The notes: generated by a model from the letters alone, not told the origin. 64,000 nt of DNA from an uncultured Gammaproteobacteria bacterium (GCA_963813895.1 CAWFAS010000004.1:453100-517099), one strand, 5' to 3'; shown: positions 1 to 12,980, counted from the first letter of the stretch. Numbers and translations: made by a program.

Positions 1-950
1 AATCCGCATCACCCTGGCGATAGCGAATTTTCGCAGCACAATGCATTGGCAAAGGAGGTTCTTCTCCTGCTACCCAATGTAATTGCCGACAACTTAAAGT
101 GCTCGTCAATAGGCGCGGATGATCATGTTCTTGAGCCACCAGCAGCACATTGCGCGGGATATCTTTAGCAATCACGTACCAAGGGCTAGCCTTGGCATCC
201 TGCCTACCACCTATCCCTAACCCTTGCCGTTGTCCTAGAGTATAAAACATCAGCCCATTATGCCGCCCTATTATCTTGCCGCTATCAGTTTCAATATCCC
301 CGGGACGTGCTAACAAGTATTCACCAAGAAAATCTTTAAATTTACGCTCGCCAATAAAACAAATACCGGTACTATCTTTTTTAGCATGATTAATCAGGCC
401 GGCTGCTGCAGCGAGAGCACGCACAGCCGGTTTTTCCAAATCCCCTAATGGAAATAAACTGCGCGATAACTGCGATTGCTGCAAGGTATATAAAAAATAA
501 CTTTGGTCTTTATTAATATCATAGCCTTTATGCAATTGATATTTCTCACCTATCTGCACACAACGTGCATAATGCCCCGTTGCGATGAAATCCGCCCCCT
601 GATCAATAGCATAATTTAAAAAAGCTTTAAATTTGATCTCTTTGTTACATAAAATATCGGGATTTGGTGTTCGCCCTGCGGCATATTCATCGAGAAAATT
701 TTGGAAAACTCTTTCCCAATAGGCTTGAGCAAATGCGACAGTATGCAGTGGGATATCGAGTCGACCACACACCTCACGGGCATCCGTCAAGTCTTGATTG
801 GCGCTGCAAAATGGGTCTTGATTATCCTGATCCCAATTTTGCATATAGACGCCCTGGACAGTGTATCCTTGTTGTTGCAATAGTAATGCGGCGACAGAAG
901 AATCCACACCGCCGGACATGCCGACCATGATTTTAGATTTGATAGTCATG
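1..950 (-). CDS. mnmA: tRNA-specific 2-thiouridylase MnmA (3' end truncated by the window edge)
   Basis: The minus-strand translation from the ATG at 950..948 gives [40 protein letters not shown]...[11 protein letters not shown]...ATGHYAR. This contains the PP-loop SGGxDS motif and the conserved MnmA blocks. The gene is open at the window edge, so the ORF track missed it. Confidence 0.85.
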
Positions 951-1222
951 ATGTAACTCTCATACAAGGTTGCTTCTTGTGATTGTTTTACCGTGTTTTA
1001 TAGCCCATGAACAACTAACTATATAAAACATAATTAACATAAACATAACGTGGACGTTTTGTTCTTCCTAGTGTAATAATACTTAGTCTTGAAGTTTGGA
1101 GCCTAATCGAGATGATAACACCACCTCTTTTATAAAATAAGCGATTAAAAATTAAGTTTTTTAACTATATTTGGAGAAAACATATAAGAACCTATTCATA
1201 AAATCTATAACAGGAGAAATTC

Positions 1223-4200
1223 ATGACTGATAAAAAACAACAAGAACAAAACAAATTGATTGATGCATTGCCTGAAATAGCAGATCTCAGCAAACAGCTC
1301 CTGGAGGAATTATACAAGCCAAATGCATCTGTCTTAAACCTCGAAAAAAGTATTGAGCAACTCATAGCATTATGCCAAACCCATCATTTATTTCGTTACC
1401 CCACTACAGGTCTTTTTTCCAAACAATATCCCCTCACGCCAGAAGCCTTGGATTCTGCGAAAGTTCAATTAGCCCTTCATATTCAGAAAATAAAAAATCA
1501 CGAAAAAGAAAATGCGACGATAACAAGCAGTCCTCTCTTGGACAGTGCAATTAAAGAGAATGCGAGAATAGCAAGCAATCCTCTCTTGGACACTGCAATT
1601 TTAGTTTCGTATGTATTAGATATGTGCCGGGAAAAAATATTGGCCACCTCAAGCACCAAACCTTCTTCAGCCCCCACCCTTGTTAATAGCGAACCTCCAA
1701 CATTGGATGAACAGAAAACCTCTACTTTACCATCCGAACTAATTTCTGAACTATCTTTCTTGGTCATAGACATGATTAATGAGCCTATTGGGCCGAATTT
1801 TGAACGGTTTTTAGCGTTAGTTCGAGCCAATGGCTTATTTGGGCCAAAATTAAATCTATATAATATTGATACGTTTGCAGAGAAAATTAGCAGCATATTA
1901 ATTAAAAATTCACCACGTGAAACAGCACAAATACAAGAATCCATCACAAAATTAGTGCCACTTCTTACAAATTACCTGGAAAATATCAAAAAACTAACTC
2001 CTACTGGTATAAAACCTCTGGAGGGAATTATTGGAAAAGGCGAGAAGCTTTTTAACACCCTTACACAATCTTTCGAAAATATAAAAGACAGGAAGGAGAA
2101 GAAATTTAATTGGTCCATTGGCATAAATATGCCTGAGCAATTGACAAAAGATTTCTGGCAAGCCTGTGCTCACGCAGGGCTGCTAACACCTCCTAAAGAT
2201 CAGTCAGAAAAAAATTTTACACCTTTGCAGCTACTAAAAATTAACCTCTTGCGTATAAAAAAAGATATGGACACTTTGCCCGATGACCAGAAATTAGTCA
2301 TCGCCCAGCAAATACAAAATGTTGAAGATTTAGCTAAAGGATTTTCTCTGATGGGAATTATTGAAAAAGGTGAGAAATTTTTCAGCGCACTTTCACAATT
2401 TTTTAATAATATGCAGGATAATAAGGATAAGAAATTTAATTGGTCGATCAGCATAAGTACCCTTGAGGATTTGGCAAATGATTGCTGGACAGCCTGCAAT
2501 AATGCAGGATTGCTAAAGCTTCCTGCCGACCACGAGCAGGCTGATAAAATTTCTACAATTTTGATTAATCTCTCACCTTTAAAAGAACAATTTACCCATG
2601 ATAAGAGGGGGTTATTCGTCCAGCAAATAGAAACCATTGAAGATTTAGTTGCAGCGGTCGATGAGGCAGTTGTTCGTTTACCTAGAGATAGATTTACAGA
2701 GGCGAACGTTATTAAATCGTATCAAGACTTTATGGACGAAATTCTTAAAAATATGCAGGTGATACGCGAATTACCTGATCAATCTGCTGCTAATGGCGTA
2801 AACATCGCTAATAAGTGTTTACCTTTATTACATGCTTGTGGTGTCTTCCCGGAATATAGGCAATCAGACTATTCACTCTCTGAAATTATCAATTTAATTG
2901 ATGATCAGAAATTGCATGCAAGACATTCTAAAATTATCACCTTAATTGATGAACAGGATGCAAAACACCGTGCTCTAACGTTGGATGATAGTAAAGAAGA
3001 GATAAGCTCTTTAAATAAGTGCCAAACCCTGATTGAAAATTTTAAAAACATCATAGAAGAACTTAATATTAAACTTGAGAGAACATCCAATAATTCTGCC
3101 ACTTCGGCTCCAGACATCATCATAATTGACGATGAAAAGAATGAAACACCCTTGGCTTCCTCTTTTTCAGCGGGACAATCCTCGACTTCCTCTTCGAACT
3201 CCTCTTTTTCACTGGGACAACCCTCGACTCCCTCTTCGACCTCCTCTTTTTCAGTGGAACAACCCTCGACTTCCTCTTCGACCTCCTCTTTTTCGCTGGG
3301 ACAACCCTCGACTTCCGCTCAAATTGGAGTTAACAAGTACCCTGGTACAAAGGCTATTGAGAAAATTGAAGACTGTGGTATGGCCTTAACTAAAGCACTT
3401 AAAGATTTAGAAAATCAATTTGATACAACGATCCTCAATGTTAGCTTTAAAAAAATTACAGGTGACGGCGGTTTATTATCGAAGTTTACGAATGCTTGTA
3501 AGATGACGGGAATACCTGAATCGAAACAACTATCTGAACAAGGGTTTCCAGTATTCGATTTATCAAAAATAGAAGCATTTATGTTTCCTTGCTTTGAAGA
3601 TTTACTTCAGGCATGTCATCAAGCAAACCTAATTAGAAGTCTACCACCTAAAGAAAACTATACGGATATAGGCGGCATATTATTAACTCTTGCTGAATTA
3701 GAATTATCTGTGAAGATTAATCAGCAGGGAGAGGAAGCCGTATCCCTAAAAAAACCCCTTAAGCTGCTCAATAGGTTAATTAATCTTTTAACGCTAATTC
3801 CAGCTACAATGAAACTTCTCCAGGAAATAGCGGATAAAGTTACAGCAGTCAATTTAAGTATAGAAGCGGAAAAACAGCAATTTACGAACGAGCGTAATAA
3901 CTTTTTGAACCGAACTCTTTCTCACACATCATCCACTACATTTAGCGCGATAACTTCCAGCCTGATGCCACCTCTTGAAACAGTTGAAACAGCCACATCA
4001 ATTTATTCAAAAATTCGACAGGGAACTTTTAAAACACACTTCTCATTCCTGGACAGTTGTGAACACCAAAAATTAATTGATACACTGGTTCACGCGATAG
4101 TTGAGGGTAACATTCTAGTTACTGAAAATCTTTGCAAATATTTAAAAAATAAAAATTCCTCTGACTTTACAAATGATAAAAAAAGCGGAAGTAGGGAGGA

Positions 4201-5017
4201 AGGTGATTGGCAAGCTCATATTGTTCAGATTGCAAATGAAACTGCCAATGATGCTGCCAGCTTAGCCTTAGGTATTTTAAAACCCCCTCCATCTAGCAAT
4301 TTAAATCCCTCACGTTCACATAGAACTCATTCAGAGCATGTTGTAGGAACACGGCATACATCTAATAGCTCCTCTTTTCCACGCTTGAGTGCCGATCAAA
4401 CTCCACTGACGCCAGTAAGAAATAGTACTGGTACTTTTCTTTCTACAACAAATATTAGACTAGAATCCGGAAGTTTCTCAACTTTTAGCACACCCCCTTT
4501 GGTACGCGCTAAAACTCCAACAATACCTCCAAGTTCTTATTTAGATAATGAGAGCTTTAATAGCAACAATGGGACAACGACAATTTCCAGAACTAAATCT
4601 GATCGCAATCTGGATAAACAAGAGCAGCTGCCACCCCTACCCAGGAGTACCTCTTCAGTAAGTCGCTACAATACATCTTCATCTAACCCTGCGACCTTAC
4701 CAAAAAGCGCTTCAAGTAGAGGGTTTGAGGGTAGAAGAGTTAGTCTAATGGGATCTATAAACCGACCAGACGCCTCATTGGAGAAAGATAAAAAACAACA
4801 GGCAAACGATAATAATTTGTCAGAGTTAGATAATGTAGAAAATTCTTTGGCTACATTAGAAAAACAGGGTTACGGAGAATTGGGAGTTGGACTGGGACGG
4901 AGAACTCAAAGTTTCAATTTTCAAACCGTAAACAAATTAACACCAAATGGCGGGCGCAAAAAGGAAGGAACAGATAAAGATAACCATCAAGAAAATAACG
5001 GAGTCACTAAAAAATAA
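1223..5017 (+). CDS. large hypothetical repeat-containing protein (1264 aa), putative secreted effector-like protein
   Basis: Long uninterrupted ORF. It contains an internal ~120-aa duplication (KFNWSIGINMPEQLTKDFWQACAHAGLL versus KFNWSISISTLEDLANDCWTACNNAGLL). It carries a tandem SSFSxGQPSTSSSTS repeat and an S/T/P-rich C-terminal third. No enzymatic motif was recognised. Confidence 0.6.
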   Translation: MTDKKQQEQNKLIDALPEIADLSKQLLEELYKPNASVLNLEKSIEQLIALCQTHHLFRYPTTGLFSKQYPLTPEALDSAKVQLALHIQKIKNHEKENATITSSPLLDSAIKENARIASNPLLDTAILVSYVLDMCREKILATSSTKPSSAPTLVNSEPPTLDEQKTSTLPSELISELSFLVIDMINEPIGPNFERFLALVRANGLFGPKLNLYNIDTFAEKISSILIKNSPRETAQIQESITKLVPLLTNYLENIKKLTPTGIKPLEGIIGKGEKLFNTLTQSFENIKDRKEKKFNWSIGINMPEQLTKDFWQACAHAGLLTPPKDQSEKNFTPLQLLKINLLRIKKDMDTLPDDQKLVIAQQIQNVEDLAKGFSLMGIIEKGEKFFSALSQFFNNMQDNKDKKFNWSISISTLEDLANDCWTACNNAGLLKLPADHEQADKISTILINLSPLKEQFTHDKRGLFVQQIETIEDLVAAVDEAVVRLPRDRFTEANVIKSYQDFMDEILKNMQVIRELPDQSAANGVNIANKCLPLLHACGVFPEYRQSDYSLSEIINLIDDQKLHARHSKIITLIDEQDAKHRALTLDDSKEEISSLNKCQTLIENFKNIIEELNIKLERTSNNSATSAPDIIIIDDEKNETPLASSFSAGQSSTSSSNSSFSLGQPSTPSSTSSFSVEQPSTSSSTSSFSLGQPSTSAQIGVNKYPGTKAIEKIEDCGMALTKALKDLENQFDTTILNVSFKKITGDGGLLSKFTNACKMTGIPESKQLSEQGFPVFDLSKIEAFMFPCFEDLLQACHQANLIRSLPPKENYTDIGGILLTLAELELSVKINQQGEEAVSLKKPLKLLNRLINLLTLIPATMKLLQEIADKVTAVNLSIEAEKQQFTNERNNFLNRTLSHTSSTTFSAITSSLMPPLETVETATSIYSKIRQGTFKTHFSFLDSCEHQKLIDTLVHAIVEGNILVTENLCKYLKNKNSSDFTNDKKSGSREEGDWQAHIVQIANETANDAASLALGILKPPPSSNLNPSRSHRTHSEHVVGTRHTSNSSSFPRLSADQTPLTPVRNSTGTFLSTTNIRLESGSFSTFSTPPLVRAKTPTIPPSSYLDNESFNSNNGTTTISRTKSDRNLDKQEQLPPLPRSTSSVSRYNTSSSNPATLPKSASSRGFEGRRVSLMGSINRPDASLEKDKKQQANDNNLSELDNVENSLATLEKQGYGELGVGLGRRTQSFNFQTVNKLTPNGGRKKEGTDKDNHQENNGVTKK
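3153..3320. repeat. 48-bp in-frame tandem repeat (~3.5 units) inside the 1264-aa gene
   Basis: The unit tcctctttttcaSTgggacaaccctcgacttcctcttcgacc is repeated and encodes SSFSLGQPSTSSSTS units. It is a VNTR candidate. Confidence 0.8.
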
Positions 5018-5059
5018 AGTAACTATTCGGCACAAAATATTTATTGCGAATGAAGTTAC

Positions 5060-5224
5060 ACATGGTTGCCACTAGAGGCTACCCCCTTCCTAACCTTCCC
5101 CCGCAAGCGGGGGAAGGGACTGGTTCGGTACGATAAGTTACGCTATTGTTGCCAATCCCGTACTAGCTCGAGCAAGTTCCTTCCCCCCCTTGCGGGGGAA
5201 GGTTAGGAAGGAGGCAGCATCTAT
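5060..5224. repeat. family A palindromic MITE-like element (ends ccccttcctaaccttcccccgcaagcgggggaagg)
   Basis: ~165-bp element with long terminal inverted repeats. Copies occur at 7107, 23119, 28431, 41816 and 43299. Confidence 0.85.
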
Positions 5225-5346
5225 TAGCACTTTTACATGAAGTAGCTCAATATTTAGCGGCTTTTTGATTATTTAGGAATAGTAATGCGCGTTTAGAAGT
5301 ATTCAACAATACCGCTTGTCCGCGGGACGACGGAGTGAGCAGTTAT

Positions 5347-5375
5347 ATACCCGATACACTTAGGATTTCGGGTAT
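5347..5375. repeat. family E short palindrome atacccgatacacttaggatttcgggtat
   Basis: Near-identical 29-bp hairpin units recur at 19914, 27384/27644 (as an inverted pair) and 32855. Confidence 0.8.
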
Positions 5376-5425
5376 AGTATATTTATTATCTTGCCTTTCA
5401 AAAAGAACCCTTACAGCAAGCAACA

Positions 5426-6193
5426 TCATTTTTTCTTAGTCAACAACTTGCGCACATGCTCTAAATCTTCTTCTGTATTAACATCTGCCGGAACGTTTTC
5501 CAGGGTCTGGCTTAAATGCACGCGGCCGCCATTCCACAATACCCGTAACTGCTCAAGACGCTCCATCTGTTCTAGCGGCGAAGTCTCCCATTCCATATAT
5601 TGCTGCAGGAATCCAACGCGATAAGCATAAATACCTACATGGCGGAAATGTTCAGTCAGCAACTTTTGATTTTTTTTTGGTGGGATTTGGAAGTGTTCAC
5701 GATCCCAGGCAATGGGAGCACGACTGAAATATAATGCATAACCGCGCTTATTCATTACCACTTTAACATGATGGGGATTAAACAACTCCTCTATGCTTTT
5801 GATAGGCTCATATAAAGTAGCCACCCGAGCATTTTCGTATTTTACTAAATCCTCGGCCACCTGGCGGATCACAACAGGTGGAATCAAAGGTTCATCACCC
5901 TGCAAATTAACAATGATTTCATCCTCAAGATACCCTAAGGCTACTACAGCTTCGGCTAAGCGTTCAGTACCCGTGTTATGATCGGGAGAGGTCATGCAAA
6001 CGAGTGCACCAAAATCTTCCGCTACTTTAGCAATGCGCTCATCGTCGGTGGCAATTACTACGCTCTCGGCACCACTTTCTATGGCACGTTCATAAACATG
6101 CTGGATCAAAGGCTTGCCGGCGATATCTAACAACATTTTGCCCGGAAGACGGGTTGATGCATATCGGGCTGGGATGACGACTCTAAATTCCAT
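5426..6193 (-). CDS. kdsB: 3-deoxy-manno-octulosonate cytidylyltransferase (CMP-Kdo synthetase)
   Basis: [30 protein letters not shown]... aligns along its full length with the KdsB family. Confidence 0.95.
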   Translation of the reverse strand: MEFRVVIPARYASTRLPGKMLLDIAGKPLIQHVYERAIESGAESVVIATDDERIAKVAEDFGALVCMTSPDHNTGTERLAEAVVALGYLEDEIIVNLQGDEPLIPPVVIRQVAEDLVKYENARVATLYEPIKSIEELFNPHHVKVVMNKRGYALYFSRAPIAWDREHFQIPPKKNQKLLTEHFRHVGIYAYRVGFLQQYMEWETSPLEQMERLEQLRVLWNGGRVHLSQTLENVPADVNTEEDLEHVRKLLTKKK

Positions 6194-6372
6194 TATTCCA
6201 CCTCTTTTCCACTTAATCGACGGGCCTGATCCTCCAGCATAACGGGTATCCCATCACGGATCGAATAAGCCAATTGATCAGCTTTGCAGATCAGTTCGTG
6301 GGTGGTTTTCTGGTAAATTAATTTACCTTTACAGATCGGACAGGCCAGAATTTGTAATAATTTATAATCCAC
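6193..6372 (-). CDS. Trm112/YcaR-family small protein (UPF0434)
   Basis: GTG start at 6372 immediately after an in-frame TAA. The product is [59 protein letters not shown], which contains the CPxCKG Trm112 signature. Its stop overlaps the kdsB ATG (ycaR-kdsB synteny). At <60 aa it is absent from the ORF track. Confidence 0.6.
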   Translation of the reverse strand: MDYKLLQILACPICKGKLIYQKTTHELICKADQLAYSIRDGIPVMLEDQARRLSGKEVE

Positions 6373-6642
6373 TTAGACGTCTCCGTTGCTTAAAATGAAT
6401 TGTGCGTGTTTAAAACCATTGCTCGGGCACAGCAGAAGAACTGCTTTATGTATAATAGTATAGCTGTAATTGGCTATTTTTGTTTTATGGCAGTTAATTA
6501 ATGGATTTCGATTTGTAAGAAGTTTTTATTATGTCATACCGGCGGATGCAGGTATCTGGAAATTATTTGACCTCAAGCCTGTAATTCAGGTGTTGAGTGT
6601 CACTTAGCTTGTTAATGTTTTTAGCGGCGTAAGCTTAATATT

Positions 6643-6947
6643 TTGTAATTATTCAGCAGGGTAGCCCTCAAGCTTGCGGGATAGAGTTTGCCGTCCGACC
6701 CGCCCCCTCTCCCGCAGGGGAGAGGGGATATAGAGCCAGAAGAAGCGATACTGCTTGGATGATAGATATCTAAGATAGAGACTCTGCTAGTCAGAAATAG
6801 CATAAAATCTTATCCTCGCTCTATATTTTCTTTCTGCTCTATATCCCCTCTCCCCTCGCGGGAGAGGGTTAGGGAGAGGGGGTGCGTCGGCCTGCACACT
6901 CTATCCTACAAGCAAGAGAGGGCCACCCCGCTGAATAATTACAATAT
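6643..6947. repeat. composite palindromic element with family B core (ctctcccgcRgggagagggg) and terminal inverted repeats ttgtaattattcagc
   Basis: Terminal IRs at 6643-6670 and 6920-6947. Internal GGGAGAGGG palindromes are present. Confidence 0.7.
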
Positions 6948-6959
6948 ATTTTTTCAAAA

Positions 6960-7036
6960 TGGTCGGGACGGCAGGATTTGAACCTGCGACCCCTTGCACC
7001 CCATGCAAGTGCGCTACCAAACTGCGCTACGCCCCG
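6960..7036 (-). tRNA. tRNA-Pro (anticodon GGG)
   Basis: The reverse complement CGGGGCGTAGCGCAGTTTGGTAGCGCACTTGCATGGGGTGCAAGGGGTCGCAGGTTCAAATCCTGCCGTCCCGACCA folds as a cloverleaf. The anticodon loop AUGGGGU gives GGG, and CCA is encoded. Confidence 0.9.
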
Positions 7037-7106
7037 TTTTTAGAATTATTTATTACATTACTTTCTTTGACTAGTTTGATTAGAAGACTCAGATAAAGTG
7101 CCCCCA

Positions 7107-7268
7107 GATGCTGCCCCCTTCCTAACCTTCCCCCGCAAGCGGGGGAAGGAACTTGCTCGAGCTTGTACGGGATTGGCAGCAATAGCGTAACTTTCCTACC
7201 GAACCAGTCCCTGCCCCCGCTTGCGGGGGAAGGTTAGGAAGGGGGTAGCTTCTAGTGGCAACCATTTG
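7107..7268. repeat. family A MITE-like element, inverted relative to the copy at 5060
   Basis: Same termini and inner core as 5060..5224 in reverse orientation. Confidence 0.85.
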
Positions 7269-7278
7269 TGTCGATCCC

Positions 7279-7665
7279 TCAACCCTCAAGCTCCAAAAGC
7301 AAACTCTCCAGTTCAGTTAACGCCTTCTGCAAAATTTCTAACGGCAGGGTTTCGCCCTTTTCCTCCGGGACTTGCAACAGCTGCGTGCGGGCTCCTTCAA
7401 TGGTAAACCCTTGCCCATACAATAACTCTTTGATTCGCCATACCAATATCACGTCTTTACGCTGATAATAACGACGGTTGCCCCGACGCTTGGCAGGCTT
7501 TAGCTGTTCAAATTCTTGTTCCCAGTACCTAAGCACATGGGGTTTTACCTGAGAGAATTTGGCCACTTCGCCAATACTAAAATAAAGTTTATCCGGAATT
7601 TGCGGTAATTGGGGTAATTGCTCGCTATTTATCTGAATTGACTTTCGCTTCTTCTGTTCCTGCAT
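7279..7665 (-). CDS. MerR-family transcriptional regulator
   Basis: [25 protein letters not shown]...RRYYQRKDV is a MerR-type HTH. The gene lies downstream of ihfA as in many gammaproteobacteria. Confidence 0.7.
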   Translation of the reverse strand: MQEQKKRKSIQINSEQLPQLPQIPDKLYFSIGEVAKFSQVKPHVLRYWEQEFEQLKPAKRRGNRRYYQRKDVILVWRIKELLYGQGFTIEGARTQLLQVPEEKGETLPLEILQKALTELESLLLELEG

Positions 7666-7942
7666 ACGTCACCCTAGCTTTAAGTTTTTCACCAGCCCTG
7701 AAAGTTACCACCCGTCGCGCTTTAATGGGGATTGCTTCCCCTGTTTTTGGGTTCCTTCCCGGACGTTCATTTTTGTCGCGTACACCAAAGATGCCAAAAC
7801 CTGAAAGTTTGACTTCTTCACCGCGCTCTAGTGCCAGCATTACTTCGCTAAACAACGATTCCACGACTTCTTTGGCTTCGCGTTTATTAATGCCTAACAC
7901 ATTAAACAGATGGTTGACTAAATCCGCTTTGGTCACTGCCAT
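7625..7942 (-). CDS. ihfA: integration host factor subunit alpha
   Basis: [13 protein letters not shown]...[37 protein letters not shown] matches the IHF-alpha/HU family. It is adjacent to pheT. Confidence 0.9.
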   Translation of the reverse strand: MAVTKADLVNHLFNVLGINKREAKEVVESLFSEVMLALERGEEVKLSGFGIFGVRDKNERPGRNPKTGEAIPIKARRVVTFRAGEKLKARVTYAGTEEAKVNSDK

Positions 7943-7946
7943 CACT

Positions 7947-10328
7947 TTAATTCCTCAACGTTGCCTGATAATTTTCATTTAGCGTCTTGATCACTTGACT
8001 CACCATTGTATCAACTTCTTCGTCTATAAGAGTGCGTGAAGCTAACTGAAACGTCAAGCCCAACGCAATACTTTTTTTCGCAGGGTCAATGCCCTCTCCG
8101 CGATAAATATCAAATAACTGAATATTTTTCAATGTCCCGCCGACACTAGTTTGAATACTATCACGTATTTTTTGCCAAGAAATTTCTTCGCTGATAATAA
8201 ATGCCAGGTCACGACGAATAGATGGATATTTAGAGGGAGTACTATACAGGGGCAATGCAGCCTGTGTCACTTCGTTCAACAATAATTCGAACATATAAAC
8301 CGGGGCAGAAAAACCTAAGGTGCGTTGTAACTGCGGATGCAATGCGCCCACGTAACCCACATGACGATCAGCCTGTTTGATTACAGCACTTCGACCTGGA
8401 TGCAGCGCTGGATGCTGGGCAGGGGCAAAAGTATAATTTCCTTCCTTAGTTAGAGAGCTAAAAGTTTCAAGATCGCCTTTTATATCAAAAAAATCTACCG
8501 GACGTTCCATTATCGCCCACTGCTCAAGAGCAGCACCGCCAGTTGCTATGCCAGCGATGCGCCCTTCTTGGTTTAATTGCTCTATTGTTCCAGTAAAACA
8601 CACGCCTATTTCAAACAGACGTAACCGTGATTGCTGACGATTCAAATTAAATACAGCAGTCTGGAGTAACCCCGGCCATAATGAAGTGCGCATGACGGCC
8701 ATTTCGGCAGAAATGGGATTGCTTAGCGTCAAAGGAGCCTGATCTGGGTTGATCAATTGGGCCAGTGTAGGGTCGATGAAGCTATAGTTAATAGCTTCAC
8801 TATAACCCCTATCCGCCCAAAAACTGCGGATACGTGAGGCTACTAATTGTTGTTCAGGGGCAGGTTGCATGGTTAAGGGGGCTTGCATGGCTTTACTGTC
8901 AATTTGGCTATAACCGTAAATACGAGCCAATTCTTCAATTAAATCTATTTCCAGGTGGATATCAAAACGATAGCTGGGCGCCGTCACTCTCCAGCCCTCA
9001 GGGTCTGGCGTAAGGGACATACCAAGACGCTGCAGAATGTCAGTCACCACCTCATCCGGCCATTGTATGCCTAGAATACGCTTAATACGCGAGCGTCGTA
9101 AAGTGATCACCTTAGGTTTGGGGAATTGCCCTTGATCTTCAATCTGGATTACCGGACCTGCCTGTCCACCAACAATACTGAGTAGCAACTCGGTGGCACG
9201 CTGCATAGCCGGCCATGCTAATTCAGGATCAACCCCGCGCTCAAAGCGATGCGCGGAGTCACTCTTTAGCGGCAATTGCCGCAAGGTAGGACGAATCGCA
9301 TCAGGGGTAAAAAATGCACTCTCTATAAATAAATCAGTAGTATGGCTCGTGACGGCTGATTGTTGACCACCCATAATGCCTGCAATGGCCAGTATCTGCT
9401 GTTTATCGGCTATAACCAATGCCGGTTCTGTCAGGCTAAGGGTTTGACCATCCAATAAAGTGACCTTTTCTGCCGGTTCGCTCATGCGTACCACAATTTG
9501 TTCAGTTAGCATGTTAAGGTCAAATGCGTGCAATGGCTGACCTAGCTCCAACATGACATAGTTGGTGACATCGACCACCGGATGTATACTGCGCAACCCG
9601 CTGCGCTGCAAGCGCTGCTGCATCCATAAAGGGGAAATGGCTTGGGGATTTATTCCTGTTATCACCCGCCCTACATAGCGTGGGCAAGCTGCACTATTAG
9701 CGACGGTGATAGGAAAAACTGTATCGGTAGTAGGTGGTATCTCTTGCTGCTTAAGAGTGTGGAGCGGGCTGTTGCAGATAACGGATACCTCCCTTGCTAT
9801 CCCCACTACACTTAGACAATCCCCACGGTTAGGAGTGAGGCTAACATCGATAATATGGTCGGGCAGACCTAGGTATTCCCCAATACTGATACCTAAAGGA
9901 GCATCAGCCGGAAGTTCCATAATGCCCTCTGACTCTTCCGCTATTCCCAGTTCTTTGACAGAACATAACATCCCAGAAGAGGCAATACCGCGTATTTTAG
10001 CCTGGCGAATTTTAATATCCCCTGGCAATACAGCACCTAGGGTGGCCACCGCTACTTTTAATCCGGCACGCACATTAGGCGCACCACAAATAATTGTCAG
10101 CGGCTCCCCACCTTCTGTTAGGCTGACTTGACATACCCGTAATCGGTCCGCGTCAGGATGAGGGGTAATGGCTAATACTTTACCTACTTGTACACCGTCC
10201 AAACCCGCACCTACTGAAGAGACTGACTCAACTTCTAAACCGGCCATGGTTAGCTTTTCTGCTAATTGGCTAATATTGATGTCGTTGGGGTTGACCCATT
10301 CATGCAACCATTTTGTACTCAATTTCAT
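7947..10328 (-). CDS. pheT: phenylalanine--tRNA ligase beta subunit
   Basis: [14 protein letters not shown]... matches PheT along its full length. The GTG at 10376 used by the ORF track adds 16 non-conserved residues; the ATG at 10328 is the likely start. Confidence 0.9.
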   Translation of the reverse strand: MKLSTKWLHEWVNPNDINISQLAEKLTMAGLEVESVSSVGAGLDGVQVGKVLAITPHPDADRLRVCQVSLTEGGEPLTIICGAPNVRAGLKVAVATLGAVLPGDIKIRQAKIRGIASSGMLCSVKELGIAEESEGIMELPADAPLGISIGEYLGLPDHIIDVSLTPNRGDCLSVVGIAREVSVICNSPLHTLKQQEIPPTTDTVFPITVANSAACPRYVGRVITGINPQAISPLWMQQRLQRSGLRSIHPVVDVTNYVMLELGQPLHAFDLNMLTEQIVVRMSEPAEKVTLLDGQTLSLTEPALVIADKQQILAIAGIMGGQQSAVTSHTTDLFIESAFFTPDAIRPTLRQLPLKSDSAHRFERGVDPELAWPAMQRATELLLSIVGGQAGPVIQIEDQGQFPKPKVITLRRSRIKRILGIQWPDEVVTDILQRLGMSLTPDPEGWRVTAPSYRFDIHLEIDLIEELARIYGYSQIDSKAMQAPLTMQPAPEQQLVASRIRSFWADRGYSEAINYSFIDPTLAQLINPDQAPLTLSNPISAEMAVMRTSLWPGLLQTAVFNLNRQQSRLRLFEIGVCFTGTIEQLNQEGRIAGIATGGAALEQWAIMERPVDFFDIKGDLETFSSLTKEGNYTFAPAQHPALHPGRSAVIKQADRHVGYVGALHPQLQRTLGFSAPVYMFELLLNEVTQAALPLYSTPSKYPSIRRDLAFIISEEISWQKIRDSIQTSVGGTLKNIQLFDIYRGEGIDPAKKSIALGLTFQLASRTLIDEEVDTMVSQVIKTLNENYQATLRN

Positions 10329-10384
10329 TGGGTAGGACCTTTTGTTTAGAATTGGGAAACTCTGTGATCCCCTCACTTTAGGGG

Positions 10385-10620
10385 CTTTGTTGAATAATTC
10401 TCAGATTGGACTCCCTTCTCCCGCTTGCGGGAGAAGGGTCGGGGATGAGGGTGTTAAGGTTGGCATTTTTTTGTGATTTCATTCCATTTTAAACTTCTAA
10501 ATCATTACTAGCCAATGCCAATTCATACACCCTCACCCCTAACCCCTCTCCCACAAGTGGGAGAGGGGAATTATTCAACAATGCCCTCGCAGGAGAGGAG
10601 TACAGTGCTTTCCCACAAAT
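10385..10620. repeat. family B MITE-like element (arms ctcccgcttgcgggagaagggtcggggatgagggtg)
   Basis: Inverted-repeat arms surround a variable core. Copies occur at 16409, 40485, 60359 and elsewhere. Confidence 0.8.
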
Positions 10621-10631
10621 TAAATACTAAC

Positions 10632-11910
<1,279 letters not shown>

Positions 11911-11925
<15 letters not shown>

Positions 11926-12978
11926 CAGCAACTGCACCTGTTTAAGCATCCCATCCGCGGTAAAATCATATCCTACATTGGCATACCCTGCCGCTTCACA
12001 GGTAGGGCAACCGTTTAGAATTTTGAAACGAAACACTAAACGCAGACCACCTTGTTGCAAAGTCTCTGCTATCGGTGGTTGCTCTACAATAGACCACAAT
12101 TGCGCTTGTGGAAATCGCTGCTGCATTGCGGGAAAATTGGGATTAGTTCTAATGTTGATCGCCTGTGCTTCCGGCCCCGAAGTAATATTGTAAAAAGTAC
12201 CGCGGTTGCCCACTACATAATAATCCCCTGGGAAATTAATACCATAACGCCGCACATGAATTAGACTCAAGCTGCCTTGGTTATACTGCTGTATATCATC
12301 CACAGCATCGCCCACATTAAAATTTGTTTTAGCAGCAAACAGCATAAACTGTCTGCAGTTAGGCTGCGTAATAGTAGAGAGACAACTTCGATAAGCCGCA
12401 TTATTTAGGGAACGATTACAGGTGACTACGGATAACCTGGAACAATAAATAAAGGGTTGCGTATCGATCCCACCGGTAAATTCGGGCACCGGCACTTCCA
12501 CCTCATCGGTAGCCGCTAAAGGTACGGGTTGACCTGGCGCTTCGGAAGCCATAGGTAAAGCGCTGACGGGTGTGGGTGTCACTGGTGCTACCAAGGGCAG
12601 ATTAGTTGATGGCGGTGGTGGTGTGTTCTGCACAAAACCGGTGTCGGACGGGGGCGTCCCAGGTAGAGGAGTCGTACCTGATACAGGCGCGCTTAAGGGT
12701 AAATTAGGTTCTGCTTGATTGGAAGTTACCGGTATTACTGTCGCCGGTGCTAGATTCTGTGGTAATGGAACGCCAGGATCTGGCGTATCGGCATTGGGAC
12801 TAACCACTTCTGCGGGTGGCGGCGAACTGTCGTTATCAGCAGTCACGAACTGCTGAACGGGTATGTCAGTCATGGAACTTAAGGGATTGGTTCCTGAAGG
12901 GGCTGCTGCTAGAACATTAACAGGTAACAGCGCCAACCATATAGACCAGCGATAGATCTTGGTGTAGCGCTGTGTCAT
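11911..12978 (-). CDS. hypothetical secreted proline/threonine-rich protein
   Basis: N-terminal signal-like segment MTQRYTKIYRWSIWLALLPVNVLAAAPSG, a P/T-rich middle and a Cys-containing C-terminal domain. The gene is inserted between rplT and pheS. Confidence 0.55.
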
Positions 12979-12980
12979 GT

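Noticed and set aside
664-930. Two overlapping plus-strand ORFs (88 and 60 aa)
   Set aside because: They lie antisense within the clearly conserved mnmA reading frame on the minus strand and have no recognisable motifs.
3153-3320. Possible CRISPR array (regular direct repeats)
   Set aside because: The repeats are contiguous with no unique spacers and are in-frame coding sequence. The same applies to the 189-bp units at 59467-59844. No cas genes are present.
7221-7406. ORF beginning MRGKVRKG (and its twin at 43420..43623)
   Set aside because: Both start inside family A repeat copies and share the same repeat-encoded N-terminus. They are artefacts of translating the MITE.
9706-10131. 141-aa plus-strand ORF
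   Set aside because: Antisense inside pheT. The composition is that of a GC-rich antisense frame, with no homology signal.
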